Below, one piece after another: positions 20,201-28,858 of a DNA stretch of 64,000 bases. Within the stretch, counting starts at the first letter, position 1. Each line of letters begins with the position of its first letter. This stretch comes from Chthoniobacteraceae bacterium (lineage in GTDB: Bacteria > Verrucomicrobiota > Verrucomicrobiia > Chthoniobacterales > Chthoniobacteraceae), in assembly GCA_040081625.1 (NCBI GenBank), contig JBEBGD010000004.1:32001-96000 (forward strand). The letters are read 5' to 3'. Below the pieces are notes generated by a model that ran no database searches, was not told the origin of the DNA, and saw only the letters and a program-made list of their open reading frames with translations. The position numbers and the translations under genes are program-made.

Positions 20201-20291
20201 CGCGCAGGAGGCAGCGGGCGCAAAGGCCCTGCGTCTCGGCGGGCGAGAGCGGGGCGTTGCATTCGAGGCAGTGGGTCGGTGTGGTGGTCAT
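17256..20291 (-). CDS. Ser/Thr kinase with RDD membrane domain(s) and a degenerate second kinase-like domain
   Basis: GRGGMG, HRDVKPSN, DFG and APE motifs. RDD motifs RFAAALID and GATPGKALVGLRV. C-terminal RSLPDLLAGTWLV. Confidence 0.9.
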   Translation of the reverse strand: MTTTPTHCLECNAPLSPAETQGLCARCLLRAGLATQRIDGSIGSAGARTLVAPPEFPFDFGSYRVLRLLGRGGMGAVYEAEDSASGRRIALKVLGHSLDSADSRKRFIREGRLAAAINHPNSVYVYGTEEIDDTPVITMELVPGGTLHDRVKAGGPMPVGEAVDAILQVIAGLEAAHTAGILHRDVKPSNCFIEPGGAVKVGDFGLSISTLSRGDSALTAAGSILGTPAFSAPEQLRGEALDVRADIYSVGVTLYYLLTGRAPFEGENLVALLATVLEKSAPSPRTFRPEIPEALARIILRCLAKQSGDRWKGYDELRRALRPFGTTAPTPATLALRFAAALIDAVVFVAVTLPVQLLMFGDLQGIMDGAAMESPRWLWYGVGVLLFEIAYFAVCEGRWGATPGKALVGLRVGGLDRQAPGMGRATLRALIYLVPTIVTVLFSLGAHAATAGVAWQFVGLIAYYLYPALLASTARRHNGYATVIDLLTKTRVIQRTAYEGREALAPSEEPVATTQAMRQVGPYHVLAPLSAEGGFFLGYDAKLLRRVWIREVPADTAPVAAGLSHAARPGRLRWLQGRRGDGESWDAYEAASGTPLTALLRAPQSWKSVRHWLLDLAAEFAAAMRDGSMPETLALDRIWITASGGAKLLDFPAPGSGAVPAPTESDGGGTPPLLEPAVFLNQIAISALEGRVATGEEARTGAVRVPVAVRARGFLHGLRAAVDFTALAGELSALVRQRPVITHARRLGLVAGCVIPTLLLGVFMAIGLMAYASWAQGNPDILRLRTALDIHERMAQGIFPRDVKPAIGLEPAETFIAGRFGPLVKNPEVWSAFYAVSTVPAEQRERAERIVNKFDPPPSADAMTAARAGLGGAIDADGELNIGKRFGEVSHGPDTALWIAMPFGGFIWTALFSVVAALFFRGGLLMRSLGIAVVRRDGSDASRWRLLWRAFVAWSWMPLGVFVAALLVPALKSPTAFGLVGAVVVCLVVYSAARCKRSLPDLLAGTWLVPR

Positions 20292-20311
20292 GGCAGTGGT
20301 GGTTCTGCCGG

Positions 20312-20340
20312 GTTCAGAAGGATCGCCGCGCGGAGGTTAC
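20312..20340 (-). promoter_or_regulatory. Candidate ECF-sigma promoter GTAACC-N14-CTTCTGAAC
   Basis: Between the sigma stop and the kinase start; duplicated at 17101-17129. Confidence 0.6.
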
Positions 20341-20349
20341 GGACTTTTT

Positions 20350-21084
20350 TCAGCCACTGAGGACAGCGAGCAGGTGGCGCAGCTCTTCCTCGACTTCGGA
20401 GGGCGTGGCGACGGTCTCGGCGATCTCGGTGCGGATGAGATCGCGGTAGCGCTCGCGCAGGCGATGCACGGCGACTTTCACCGCGCCCTCGCTGGTGCCG
20501 AGCGCGGTGGCGATGTCCGCGTAGGGCGTGCGGTCGCCGGTCAGCGTGCCTTTCAGCGCGTCGAAATGCGCGGCTTTCCCGGCACCGACGAATTCCTCGC
20601 GCAGCCGCGCGAGCACGCGATCGAGCAGCGTGAGCGCCCAGCGGCGGTCGTAGAGCAGGTCCGCTGTCGCGAGGTCGGCGGGTTCGTGCTCGTAGCGGCT
20701 CTCGGCGGTCATGTCGTCGATCGAGACGAAGGCGATTCCGCCGCCGCGCTTCTTCGCGCGCGACTTGTCCCATTCGTTGATGAGGAAGTGCTTCATCGCC
20801 GCGAGCAGCCACGAGCGGAAGCGCCCGCGCTCGCGTTCGACGGCGTTGAGCCAGTCCTTTTCGAGCAGGCGCGCGAAGAACTCCTGCGTGAGATCCTGCG
20901 CATCGTGGGGCGAGATGCCCTGCCGGCGGACGAAGGCGTAGAGCGGATACCAATACGAGCGGCAGAGCGCGGCGAGCGGCGAGCGAGCGCTGGAGGCATC
21001 GCCGCGCGCCGCGAGCACGAGGCTCCAGTGCGTGGTGTGGAAATCACGCGCGGAGCCGGGAGGGTTGTCGTTGCTCGCGGGCAT
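20350..21084 (-). CDS. ECF sigma-70 factor (kinase-associated PVC type)
   Basis: FHTTHWSLV, LCRSYWYPLYAFVRR, DAQDLTQEFF, GRFRSWLL; region 4 YADIATALGTSEGAVKVAVHRLR. Confidence 0.93.
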   Translation of the reverse strand: MPASNDNPPGSARDFHTTHWSLVLAARGDASSARSPLAALCRSYWYPLYAFVRRQGISPHDAQDLTQEFFARLLEKDWLNAVERERGRFRSWLLAAMKHFLINEWDKSRAKKRGGGIAFVSIDDMTAESRYEHEPADLATADLLYDRRWALTLLDRVLARLREEFVGAGKAAHFDALKGTLTGDRTPYADIATALGTSEGAVKVAVHRLRERYRDLIRTEIAETVATPSEVEEELRHLLAVLSG

Positions 21085-21165
21085 GGGTCGGTTGTGACAG
21101 GCCCGCGGCGGAAAGTCAGCTTCGACATTGCGTCCGGTCGTGCCGCGTGAGTAGCCTGTCCGCCC

Positions 21166-21663
21166 ATGAATCGATTCACCCTTCTCACCGCTCTCGCTGT
21201 CTTCGCCCTCGCCGCCTGCACAAACAAGAAGGGTGCGGGTGGTGGCGGTGGTGCGGATGGCGATTTCGTGAGCGGCACACCGCTGGCCGATCGCGAGGAG
21301 GGCGTGTCGTTTCTCGGCGGCAATGTGGACCGCAACAAATTCGCGCCGGTGTATTTCGCGTTCGACAGCCACGATGTGGGAGCGGGTGAAGGCGGGAAGA
21401 TCGACCAGGTCGCGGCGTTCATGCGCGAGAGCGGAGGCACGGTCATCATCGCCGGGTTCACCGACGAGCGCGGCACGCCCGAATACAATCGCGGTCTCGG
21501 CGAGCGGCGCGCGCTCGCGGTGCGCGAGGCGATCATCCGCGCCGGCGGCGACGCGCGGAAGCTGCAGACGGTGAGCTTCGGCGCGGAGATGCCGGCAGCG
21601 GAAGGATCGAGTGAAGCAGCTTTCGCCCGGAACCGGCGCGCGGAATTCGGCGTGGTGCGCTGA
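21166..21663 (+). CDS. pal: Peptidoglycan-associated lipoprotein (OmpA C-terminal domain)
   Basis: Lipobox LAAC. VYFAFDS, GFTDERGTPEYNRGLGERRA and NRRAEF motifs. Confidence 0.85.
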   Translation: MNRFTLLTALAVFALAACTNKKGAGGGGGADGDFVSGTPLADREEGVSFLGGNVDRNKFAPVYFAFDSHDVGAGEGGKIDQVAAFMRESGGTVIIAGFTDERGTPEYNRGLGERRALAVREAIIRAGGDARKLQTVSFGAEMPAAEGSSEAAFARNRRAEFGVVR

Positions 21664-21720
21664 GACCGCGCAAAAATCGCATGCTTGTCGTCGAATCGTC
21701 CGCCGTATTAGCTCTGCCGT

Positions 21721-24405
21721 ATGCCTGATACCGACCTGCAGCGCGAAAAGATCGAGGGAGGCTTTACCCTCGGCTACGAACAACTCACCGCCATGTTTCC
21801 CGAGGCCAAGGGAGTCCCGCAGGTGCAGTATGATCTCAAGTGCGCGAACGCCGTCGTGCTCAAGCGATTCGCTCCGGGCGACATCGTCTGCGAGGAGGGC
21901 GAATTCGGCAGCACCGCGTTCTATCTCGTGAAGGGAAAGGTGAACGTCTTCATCAGCTCGCGCGCGGGTGCGGGCGAGGAGAAGCCGGGATTTCTCAGCC
22001 GCATTTTCGGCGGGCCGAAAGTCGGCGCCCGGCCCGGCGTTCAGTCGATGGTGCGCAAATTCATCTCGACGGACTCCGGCGATCTTTCGCTCGAAAACCC
22101 GATCGCCGCGCTCGGCTCAGGCGAGCTTTTCGGCGAGATGACGTGCCGGAATTTCCAGCCGCGCTCGGCGACCATCCAGGCGACCGAGGAATGCGAAGTG
22201 ATCGAGATGCTGCGTGTCTTTCTCGATCTGCTCATGGGCCAGACCGACCGGGAACCGGAGGTTGAATTCAATACGACGCCCGCGCAGCCGCTCGTGCCGA
22301 AGGACGAGTCGCCCGCGCCGGTCGGCCCCGATGGCAAGCCGCTGCCGCCACCTGCCGGCGAAAAGCCGCACAAGCGCCGCGAGCCGAAGGAGAGGAAACC
22401 CGGCGCGGTGTGGAAGAGCGGCTGGTGGCGTTGGGACGGGGACAAGAACCAGTTTGCGTGGCGCGATGGCGGGTGGGAGGCGCCGCCGGCGAATCATTTC
22501 TGGCTCGGCGGCGCGTGGGTGCGGCGCGACCAGGAGTGGATCGAAGTCGAGGGCCGCTGGCAGCCGTTCATCCTCGTCAATCCGCCGCCGGAGCCGAAAG
22601 CCGAGGAGCCGCCCGCTGCTCCGAGCGCCGAGCACTTGTGGAAGGCCGGCGAGTGGGTGTGGCAGGCGGTCGATCCCACGCAGACGAGCGCGTCCGACAA
22701 TTTCAAGTGGGTGCCGGGCCGATGGGACAAACCGAAAGCCAAGGGCGCCGCGTGGGTGCCCGCAGAGTGGGAAGTCATCGGCGAAAACGACGGCTACCGC
22801 TACGTGCCGGGCCGCGAGGTCTCGCCCTTCCAGGTGCGGATGAACGAGACGTATCGCGCCCGGTCGCTCGTCAGCCACCTCAAGAGCGTCGAGCTTTTCG
22901 CAAAGGTCGATCCCGCCGCACTCGATGGCGTCGTCGAGCGCGCCACCTTCAAGAGCTGCTACCCCGGCGAGCGCATCTGTGAGCAGGGCGATCCCGCCGA
23001 GCATTTCTACCTCATCCGCTCCGGCATGGTGAAAGTCGTCAGCGGCTTCACGCACCTCGTCAAGACGCGCACCGAGGCGCAGCGCCACGCGCGGCGCACG
23101 ATCATGGAAGTCGCGAAGCTCGACTTCCAGCTCCAGCAATCCGCGGACGAAAACGAATACGCATCGACCGCCACGCGGAAGGCCGACCTCGAGCGCAATG
23201 CCGCCGACGCCCAGGTGCGCCTGCGCCAGGCCGCGGACGAGGAAGCCGCGAGCGTCTCGACCTATCTGCGCCGCGGCGATTACTTCGGCGAGATGGGCCT
23301 CGTCGGCGGCGCATTCCCGGAGTTCGAGGACCTGAAAAAGCCGCGCCGCACCGCGACGTGCATCGCCCTCGATCGCGTGGAACTCGTCGTGATCGCGCGC
23401 GAAGACTTCCTCGCGCTACTCGAAGCGAGCACGGTCTTCCGCGACGAGATCCGCCTCACGGTGCAGGCGCGCCTGAGCAAGCAGCGGCTTCAGAAAGCCG
23501 TCATGCAGGGCGTCTCGACGAGCTTCTTCGAGGAGAAACTTTTCCAGGCGCAAAACCTCCTCGTCATCGACCTCGATAAATGCACGCGCTGCGACCAGTG
23601 CGTGCGCGCATGTGCCGATGCGCACGATGGCCACGCGGTGCTGCATCCCGTGACGAAGCTCGTGCGCGACGGGCGGCGATTTGAGAACTACCTCGTCACC
23701 GGCGCGTGCCGCTCGTGCTTCGATCCGCTGTGCATGACGCGCTGCCCGGTGTCGTCGATCCGCCGGAAGGAGAACCTCGAGATCATCATCGAGGACTGGT
23801 GCATCGGCTGCCGCGCGTGCTTCGAGGATTGTCCGTTTGGGAACATCAACATGATCGACCAGTTCGAGCTCAGCCCGTCGAACGTGGAACTCGTGCAGGG
23901 CGGCCCGCCCGCGGAGCTCACGCTCAGTGGCGTGCGCGTCGATCGCGTGAAAGAGATCATCGTCACGGTCAAGGGCGCGAAGGGCGGCGAGCGGGCGAAA
24001 GGCATCGAGGCGAGCCTCGGCGGCGGCAAGCAGGAGCGAAAGATCCTCGTGCGCGCCACCGGCGGCGAACTGCCCGACGCGAAGGCGAAGATCGCGATGG
24101 TGCTGCGGCTCAAGGATGGCTCGATCGTCGATTTCCCGAGCGGCAGCGGCGGCATCAAGGTCAAGGCCGCGGGCGAAAAAGCCGAGATCAAGGCCGGCAG
24201 CAAAGCCGTGAAAGTGAAGGCGAGCACGTGCGACCTTTGCACCGGGCTCGAAATGCCGAGCTGCGTCTATGCGTGCCCGCACGACGCGGCGATGCGCGTT
24301 TATCCCGCCGAGTTTTTCGCCAACGGCGCGCCTTTCGAGGTCAAGCGCCAGGGCCCGCAGCCCGGGGACATCGACCGCCGCACCACGCACATCCGCCTGC
24401 GCTGA
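21721..24405 (+). CDS. Dual cNMP-binding + 4Fe-4S dicluster protein with WXXGXW-repeat insertion
   Basis: Two cNMP domains (GELFGE..PRSAT; GDYFGE..RRTAT). Cys motifs CTRCDQCVRAC, CRSCFDPLC..CP, CIGCRACFEDCP and CDLC...C...CP. Confidence 0.85.
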   Translation: MPDTDLQREKIEGGFTLGYEQLTAMFPEAKGVPQVQYDLKCANAVVLKRFAPGDIVCEEGEFGSTAFYLVKGKVNVFISSRAGAGEEKPGFLSRIFGGPKVGARPGVQSMVRKFISTDSGDLSLENPIAALGSGELFGEMTCRNFQPRSATIQATEECEVIEMLRVFLDLLMGQTDREPEVEFNTTPAQPLVPKDESPAPVGPDGKPLPPPAGEKPHKRREPKERKPGAVWKSGWWRWDGDKNQFAWRDGGWEAPPANHFWLGGAWVRRDQEWIEVEGRWQPFILVNPPPEPKAEEPPAAPSAEHLWKAGEWVWQAVDPTQTSASDNFKWVPGRWDKPKAKGAAWVPAEWEVIGENDGYRYVPGREVSPFQVRMNETYRARSLVSHLKSVELFAKVDPAALDGVVERATFKSCYPGERICEQGDPAEHFYLIRSGMVKVVSGFTHLVKTRTEAQRHARRTIMEVAKLDFQLQQSADENEYASTATRKADLERNAADAQVRLRQAADEEAASVSTYLRRGDYFGEMGLVGGAFPEFEDLKKPRRTATCIALDRVELVVIAREDFLALLEASTVFRDEIRLTVQARLSKQRLQKAVMQGVSTSFFEEKLFQAQNLLVIDLDKCTRCDQCVRACADAHDGHAVLHPVTKLVRDGRRFENYLVTGACRSCFDPLCMTRCPVSSIRRKENLEIIIEDWCIGCRACFEDCPFGNINMIDQFELSPSNVELVQGGPPAELTLSGVRVDRVKEIIVTVKGAKGGERAKGIEASLGGGKQERKILVRATGGELPDAKAKIAMVLRLKDGSIVDFPSGSGGIKVKAAGEKAEIKAGSKAVKVKASTCDLCTGLEMPSCVYACPHDAAMRVYPAEFFANGAPFEVKRQGPQPGDIDRRTTHIRLR

Positions 24406-24413
24406 GTGCGCCG

Positions 24414-26471
24414 CTACGGCGCCGCCAGCCGCGCCTGCGTGCCCGCGGGTGCGAAGGTCGCGTAGCCGGTGTCGATGCCAGCGGCGAAGAAGCCGAAGCC
24501 CGCGCCTTGTTTCTGGAGGATGACGCCGCGGAACTTCGCCGCCGCACCGGTCTGCGGATGGATGAATGTTCCGCCGAAGTTGCCGCGCAGCGGATTGATC
24601 CGCGCGCTCAATCCCGCGACTGTCGGGGCGGAGATGGTGATCGCGTTTGCGCGGGAGAGCGTCGCGGGCTGGACGAGCGTCGCGGCGAGCCCGCCGTCGC
24701 CGAGCGAGAGCGCGGTGTTGTTCGCGCCGTCGCTCACGGGCACGACGGGCTGATCGAGCGCCGGGGTGCGGTATCGGCTGCCGACAGTCGCGAGATCGAG
24801 CGACAGACCATCGGGCCGCGACCAGCGCAGCGAGCCATCGAGTTCGTTGACTTCCTGTTCGCGAAATTGCAGCGCTCCGGTGAGCACACCCGCGCCGCTG
24901 TAGAGTTGGGCGAAGATCGGCGCCTCGCCGTCGCGAGTGAGCCGCGCACGCACCAAGAACGGCGCTCCGTCGGCGAGCGCGCCGGAGAGCGTGACGACGC
25001 CGGTCGTGCTCACGGACACGGTCGCAGCGCCGTCGCCGGATGGTGCTCCCGGCGCCTGCGTCGAGGGAAGCACGAGCGTGTAGCGACCGGCGTGCGGGTC
25101 AGCGGCGTCCGGCTTCACGAGCCCATCGAGTGCGAGGTCGGCACTCCAGCCTTCGCCGGACACGGTGCCGGAGATCGAGGCGTTCGCGTAGGTGAGCGTG
25201 AGGGCATACGTCGCGACATTCACCCGCGCGGCGCCGGTCGCGTCGAAGCGGCCTTTGAAGACGAGCGATTGGCCGTTGAGCCGCAGGCGTCCGGTGAAGA
25301 GTCCGTTGCTGCCCAGGCTCAGGGTCGCGACTCCGCGCGTGCCGTCCGAGCCGGTGAATAGCCCCGCGTAGCCGCCCGCGCCGGCGAGGAATGGATTCGG
25401 GATGAACGCCGCGGCGAGCGCCAGCCCGCCCTCGGGCACGCTGAAGGTGAGCGTCCGCGAGAGCGTCGTCGCGCCGCCGCTCCAGCCTGCAAAGATCGAG
25501 CCGGCCAGTGGGGTCGCGGTGATCGTGTAACTGCGACCGACCTCGCGCAGCGAGGTGCCGGCGAATCCGGCGGTGATGCTGCCGCTGCCGGTGAGCGAGA
25601 TCACGACCGGTGCGAGCACGACGTAGCGAATGTTGCGCGTCGCGGTGCGCAGCACGGCGCCTCCGGCGGAGAGGCTTTCGATGCGCAGCGTGTTTGCGCC
25701 GGGCGCGAGTCCATCGACTTGCGCGGACCACGAGGTCGTCCCGTTTGCTGAAGTCCATGCGCCTTCACCGAGCGAGTTTTCCACCCGCACGCGCACCGAC
25801 GCGGCAAGGGGCTCGCCGCCCGCCGTGCCGCGCACCGTCACGAATGGATCGTTCACTTGCGCGCCGCTCGCCGGCGCGGTGATGGAAAGCTGCGGCCCGG
25901 AGGGCGGCGCGGTGAGGACGACCCAATACCACTGCCACTGACTGCCGGGCACGTTCACGAACCCGACGCCGACCGAGGTTTGCGCGGCAAAAAACGGGAC
26001 TTCACCGAGCAGGTGCTGCTTGTGCAGCGACGAACTCATCCAGTCATTCCACGCGGCGCCCGTGGACTCGCGTCCGGCGCTGAGCGACTCGATATTATTT
26101 CCGCTCACGGACATGTCGTAGCCGGCGGGCAGCGAGTAGCCGGCCTGGCGCACGAGGTAGTTCGCGCCGCGACCGCTCGGGTCCACGTGGGCGAAGTATC
26201 CGCGCGCGGCCATGTCCGCAGCTTTCGCGCGGGCGACTCGGCAGAGGATCGGGTCGAGCGTCACGGACGCGCGACGCTGGCCACTCGCGTTTTTCATCAG
26301 GTTAAAGATCGCGAGTTCCTGCGCGTTCACTTCCGCCGCGCGACTCACGGAGGCGGAGAAGAGCCCGCTGAAAAGGACGACGAACGCGACGGCAAACACG
26401 CGGACAGCCTTGAAAGCGAGGGCTGTGAGCAGTGGCGTTGGCGTCATGTGGGCGTGGCGGTCCATGGGCAA
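24414..26471 (-). CDS. Secreted CAP/SCP-domain protein with Ig-like/beta-rich C-terminus
   Basis: AKAADMAARGYFAH and WMSSSLHKQHLL CAP motifs; signal peptide. Start may be 26447. Confidence 0.8.
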   Translation of the reverse strand: MPMDRHAHMTPTPLLTALAFKAVRVFAVAFVVLFSGLFSASVSRAAEVNAQELAIFNLMKNASGQRRASVTLDPILCRVARAKAADMAARGYFAHVDPSGRGANYLVRQAGYSLPAGYDMSVSGNNIESLSAGRESTGAAWNDWMSSSLHKQHLLGEVPFFAAQTSVGVGFVNVPGSQWQWYWVVLTAPPSGPQLSITAPASGAQVNDPFVTVRGTAGGEPLAASVRVRVENSLGEGAWTSANGTTSWSAQVDGLAPGANTLRIESLSAGGAVLRTATRNIRYVVLAPVVISLTGSGSITAGFAGTSLREVGRSYTITATPLAGSIFAGWSGGATTLSRTLTFSVPEGGLALAAAFIPNPFLAGAGGYAGLFTGSDGTRGVATLSLGSNGLFTGRLRLNGQSLVFKGRFDATGAARVNVATYALTLTYANASISGTVSGEGWSADLALDGLVKPDAADPHAGRYTLVLPSTQAPGAPSGDGAATVSVSTTGVVTLSGALADGAPFLVRARLTRDGEAPIFAQLYSGAGVLTGALQFREQEVNELDGSLRWSRPDGLSLDLATVGSRYRTPALDQPVVPVSDGANNTALSLGDGGLAATLVQPATLSRANAITISAPTVAGLSARINPLRGNFGGTFIHPQTGAAAKFRGVILQKQGAGFGFFAAGIDTGYATFAPAGTQARLAAP

Positions 26472-26543
26472 CCGCTCTTTAAGCCCGCAGCGTGCCAGTC
26501 TCTGTAATCGCCTATGGAAAATACAATAAAGTCGGCAAATCGC

Positions 26544-27848
26544 TCACGGGACGGACTCTAGCACCGCCTCCTTCGCCCCGTCCTCAGGCATCGCCTGAAA
26601 CGTCCCCGTCCCCACCAGCCGCTCGAAAATCGGCGACGCCATGAGCGTCGTGATCACAGCCATGATCACCAGCGTCGCAAACAGCCCCTCGGTGATCACC
26701 CCGCGCTGGAGGCCGATGTTGATGATAATCAGCTCCATCAAGCCGCGCGCATTCATCAGCGTGCCGATGCCGAGCGCCTCGCGGTTCGAGATCCCGGTCG
26801 CGCGCGCCGCGAGCCAGCAGGCCACGCCCTTGCCGAGCACCGCCACGACCAGCACCGCGCCGCACATCAGCCACAGGTAGCCGGTATTCAGCAGGCCGAT
26901 CTTCGTGTTCAGCCCCGAGTAGGTGAAAAACAGCGGCAGCAACAGCGCGACCGTGAGCGGCTGGATGCGGGCGACCAGATCGCGCGCCATCACCCCGCGC
27001 GGCATCGCCGCGCCCATCACGAACGCGCCGAAGACCGCATGCAGCCCGATCATATCCGTGAACCACGCGCCGAGCGCCATCAGCGCCAGCCCCACCACGA
27101 GCCCCGACTCGGCGAGCACGCCGTCCTTCACCATGAACCGCTCCAGCCTCGCGAGCAGCGGACGCACGACGACGAGCGTAAACGCCACGTAGCCCGCGCC
27201 GCCGCCGATATTCACCAGCGCGGAGTTCCAGTCGTTGTCGAAACTCGCCAACACCACCGCGAGCAGGCACCACGCAGTCGCGTCGTCGATCGCCCCCGCG
27301 CCGATCGCGACGGTCCCCATCGTCGTGCCGTTGAGTTTTTTGAAATGGATGATCCGCGCGAGCATCGGGAACGCGGTGATGCACATCGACGCGCCGAGAA
27401 AAAGCATCGCCTCGGCGAGCGACGTCTTTTTCGGAAACAGCTCCGTGTGATGAAAGAAAACCCAGCCCAGCCCGGCACCGAGCACGAACGGCGCGATCAT
27501 CCCCGCCGCCGACACCGCGATCGAGCTCTTCATGCGCCGCTGGATGATATCCATCCTGAACTCCATCCCGACGATGAACATGTAAAGCGCCAGCCCGAGC
27601 TGCGACGCCGGGAAGAGATAGCTCTGCGTGTCGCGCGTCGTCTGCGACTTGTCCCACGGGAAAAGCCACGCCTGCGCCTCCGGCGCGAGCAACCCGAAAA
27701 GCGACGGCCCGAGCAGCACCCCCGCGATCATCTCCGCCACCACCTGCGGCTGACCAAACCGCGCCGCGACCGCACCGACGAGCCGGCAGAAAAGCAGGAT
27801 CACCGCGAGCTGCAGGAAGAACTGGATGGCGAGGTGCAGGTTGGACAT
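26544..27848 (-). CDS. Cation:proton antiporter (CPA2, Na+/H+ exchanger family)
   Basis: GQPQVVAEMIAGVLLGPS, ITAFPMLARI, AIDDATAW and LMNARGLMELI motifs. Confidence 0.93.
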   Translation of the reverse strand: MSNLHLAIQFFLQLAVILLFCRLVGAVAARFGQPQVVAEMIAGVLLGPSLFGLLAPEAQAWLFPWDKSQTTRDTQSYLFPASQLGLALYMFIVGMEFRMDIIQRRMKSSIAVSAAGMIAPFVLGAGLGWVFFHHTELFPKKTSLAEAMLFLGASMCITAFPMLARIIHFKKLNGTTMGTVAIGAGAIDDATAWCLLAVVLASFDNDWNSALVNIGGGAGYVAFTLVVVRPLLARLERFMVKDGVLAESGLVVGLALMALGAWFTDMIGLHAVFGAFVMGAAMPRGVMARDLVARIQPLTVALLLPLFFTYSGLNTKIGLLNTGYLWLMCGAVLVVAVLGKGVACWLAARATGISNREALGIGTLMNARGLMELIIINIGLQRGVITEGLFATLVIMAVITTLMASPIFERLVGTGTFQAMPEDGAKEAVLESVP

Positions 27849-27892
27849 CGGACGGAAACGTCGTGTCTAGCGGATCGAGGCTTGTAACGGAA

Positions 27893-27929
27893 ATAGAGTT
27901 TCGGTATCAGGCTTATGCCATGCCGTTAT
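27893..27929. promoter_or_regulatory. Two LysR-type T-N11-A boxes
   Basis: ATA-N9-TAT (27893-27907) and ATG-N9-TAT (27915-27929) in the divergent intergenic region. Confidence 0.5.
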
Positions 27930-27936
27930 CAGAACC

Positions 27937-28851
27937 ATGGAGCTGAGACACCTCCGCTACTTCCAGGCCGTCGCCGAGGAACTCAGCTACTCACGCGCGG
28001 CGCGCCGGCTGCACATCGCCCAGCCCGCACTCAGCCGCGCGGTGCAGGAGATCGAGCGCGAACTCGGCGTGAACCTCCTCGACCGCACCCGCAGCAGCGT
28101 GCGCCTCACACCCGCGGGCAAAGTGCTCCTGCGCGAGACCGCGCTCATCTTCGAGAGATGGGACGAGGCGATGAGCCGCGTCCTCCGCACCGCGGGCGGC
28201 GAGGAGGGCGAACTTCGCCTCGGCTACATCGGACCGCCGACGCAACCCTTCCTCGGCCGCCTGCTCGGAGAATACCGGCGGCGTTATCCGCTCGTGGCCA
28301 TCCATCTCGAGGAGCGCACACCGGAGCGGGTGTGGGAGATGGTCGCAAAGAGCCGCCTCTCCATCGGTCTCACCCGACCCGTGCCGATGGCGGAAGCACT
28401 CGGCCTGCGCACGATCAAACTGCGCGACGAACGGCTCGGCATCGTCGTCCCCGTCGCGCACCCGCTCGCGAAGCGAAAGAACATCGCGTGGCGCGCGCTC
28501 GAGCGGGAGCCGCTCATCGTCCTCGCGCGCCGCGAAGGTGTGGGCCTGCACGACGCCGTGCTCGCCGGCTGTCGCGCCGCCGGCTTCGCCCCGAAGCTCG
28601 CGCACACGCCGAGCCTCATCGGCACCGTCCTCAGCTATGTCGAAGCCGGGAGCGGCGTGGGCATCGTGACCGATAGTATCGTCGCGCCGGAACTCCCGCT
28701 GCACTTCGTCCCGCTCAAGCCGACGGTGTCCGTCCCGCTGGTCCTCGTATGGCAGGAAGACGAAGATGCCCCGCCCGTGCAGCGCTTTCGCGAACTCGTG
28801 ATCGAATGGCAGCGCGCCGGCAAACTGTGGGCCAAGCGTCCCAGCCGCTGA
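27937..28851 (+). CDS. LysR-family transcriptional regulator
   Basis: MELRHLRYFQAVAEELSYSRAARRLHIAQPALSR HTH; divergent from the antiporter. Confidence 0.96.
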   Translation: MELRHLRYFQAVAEELSYSRAARRLHIAQPALSRAVQEIERELGVNLLDRTRSSVRLTPAGKVLLRETALIFERWDEAMSRVLRTAGGEEGELRLGYIGPPTQPFLGRLLGEYRRRYPLVAIHLEERTPERVWEMVAKSRLSIGLTRPVPMAEALGLRTIKLRDERLGIVVPVAHPLAKRKNIAWRALEREPLIVLARREGVGLHDAVLAGCRAAGFAPKLAHTPSLIGTVLSYVEAGSGVGIVTDSIVAPELPLHFVPLKPTVSVPLVLVWQEDEDAPPVQRFRELVIEWQRAGKLWAKRPSR

Positions 28852-28858
28852 CGACTCC

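Noticed and set aside
16890..20360. 1156-aa plus-strand ORF
   Set aside because: Arg/Ala-rich antisense shadow of the Ser/Thr kinase, typical of high-GC DNA.
20350..21783. 477-aa extended version of the ECF sigma
   Set aside because: The extension overlaps the divergent pal gene; sigma similarity begins at the ATG at 21084.
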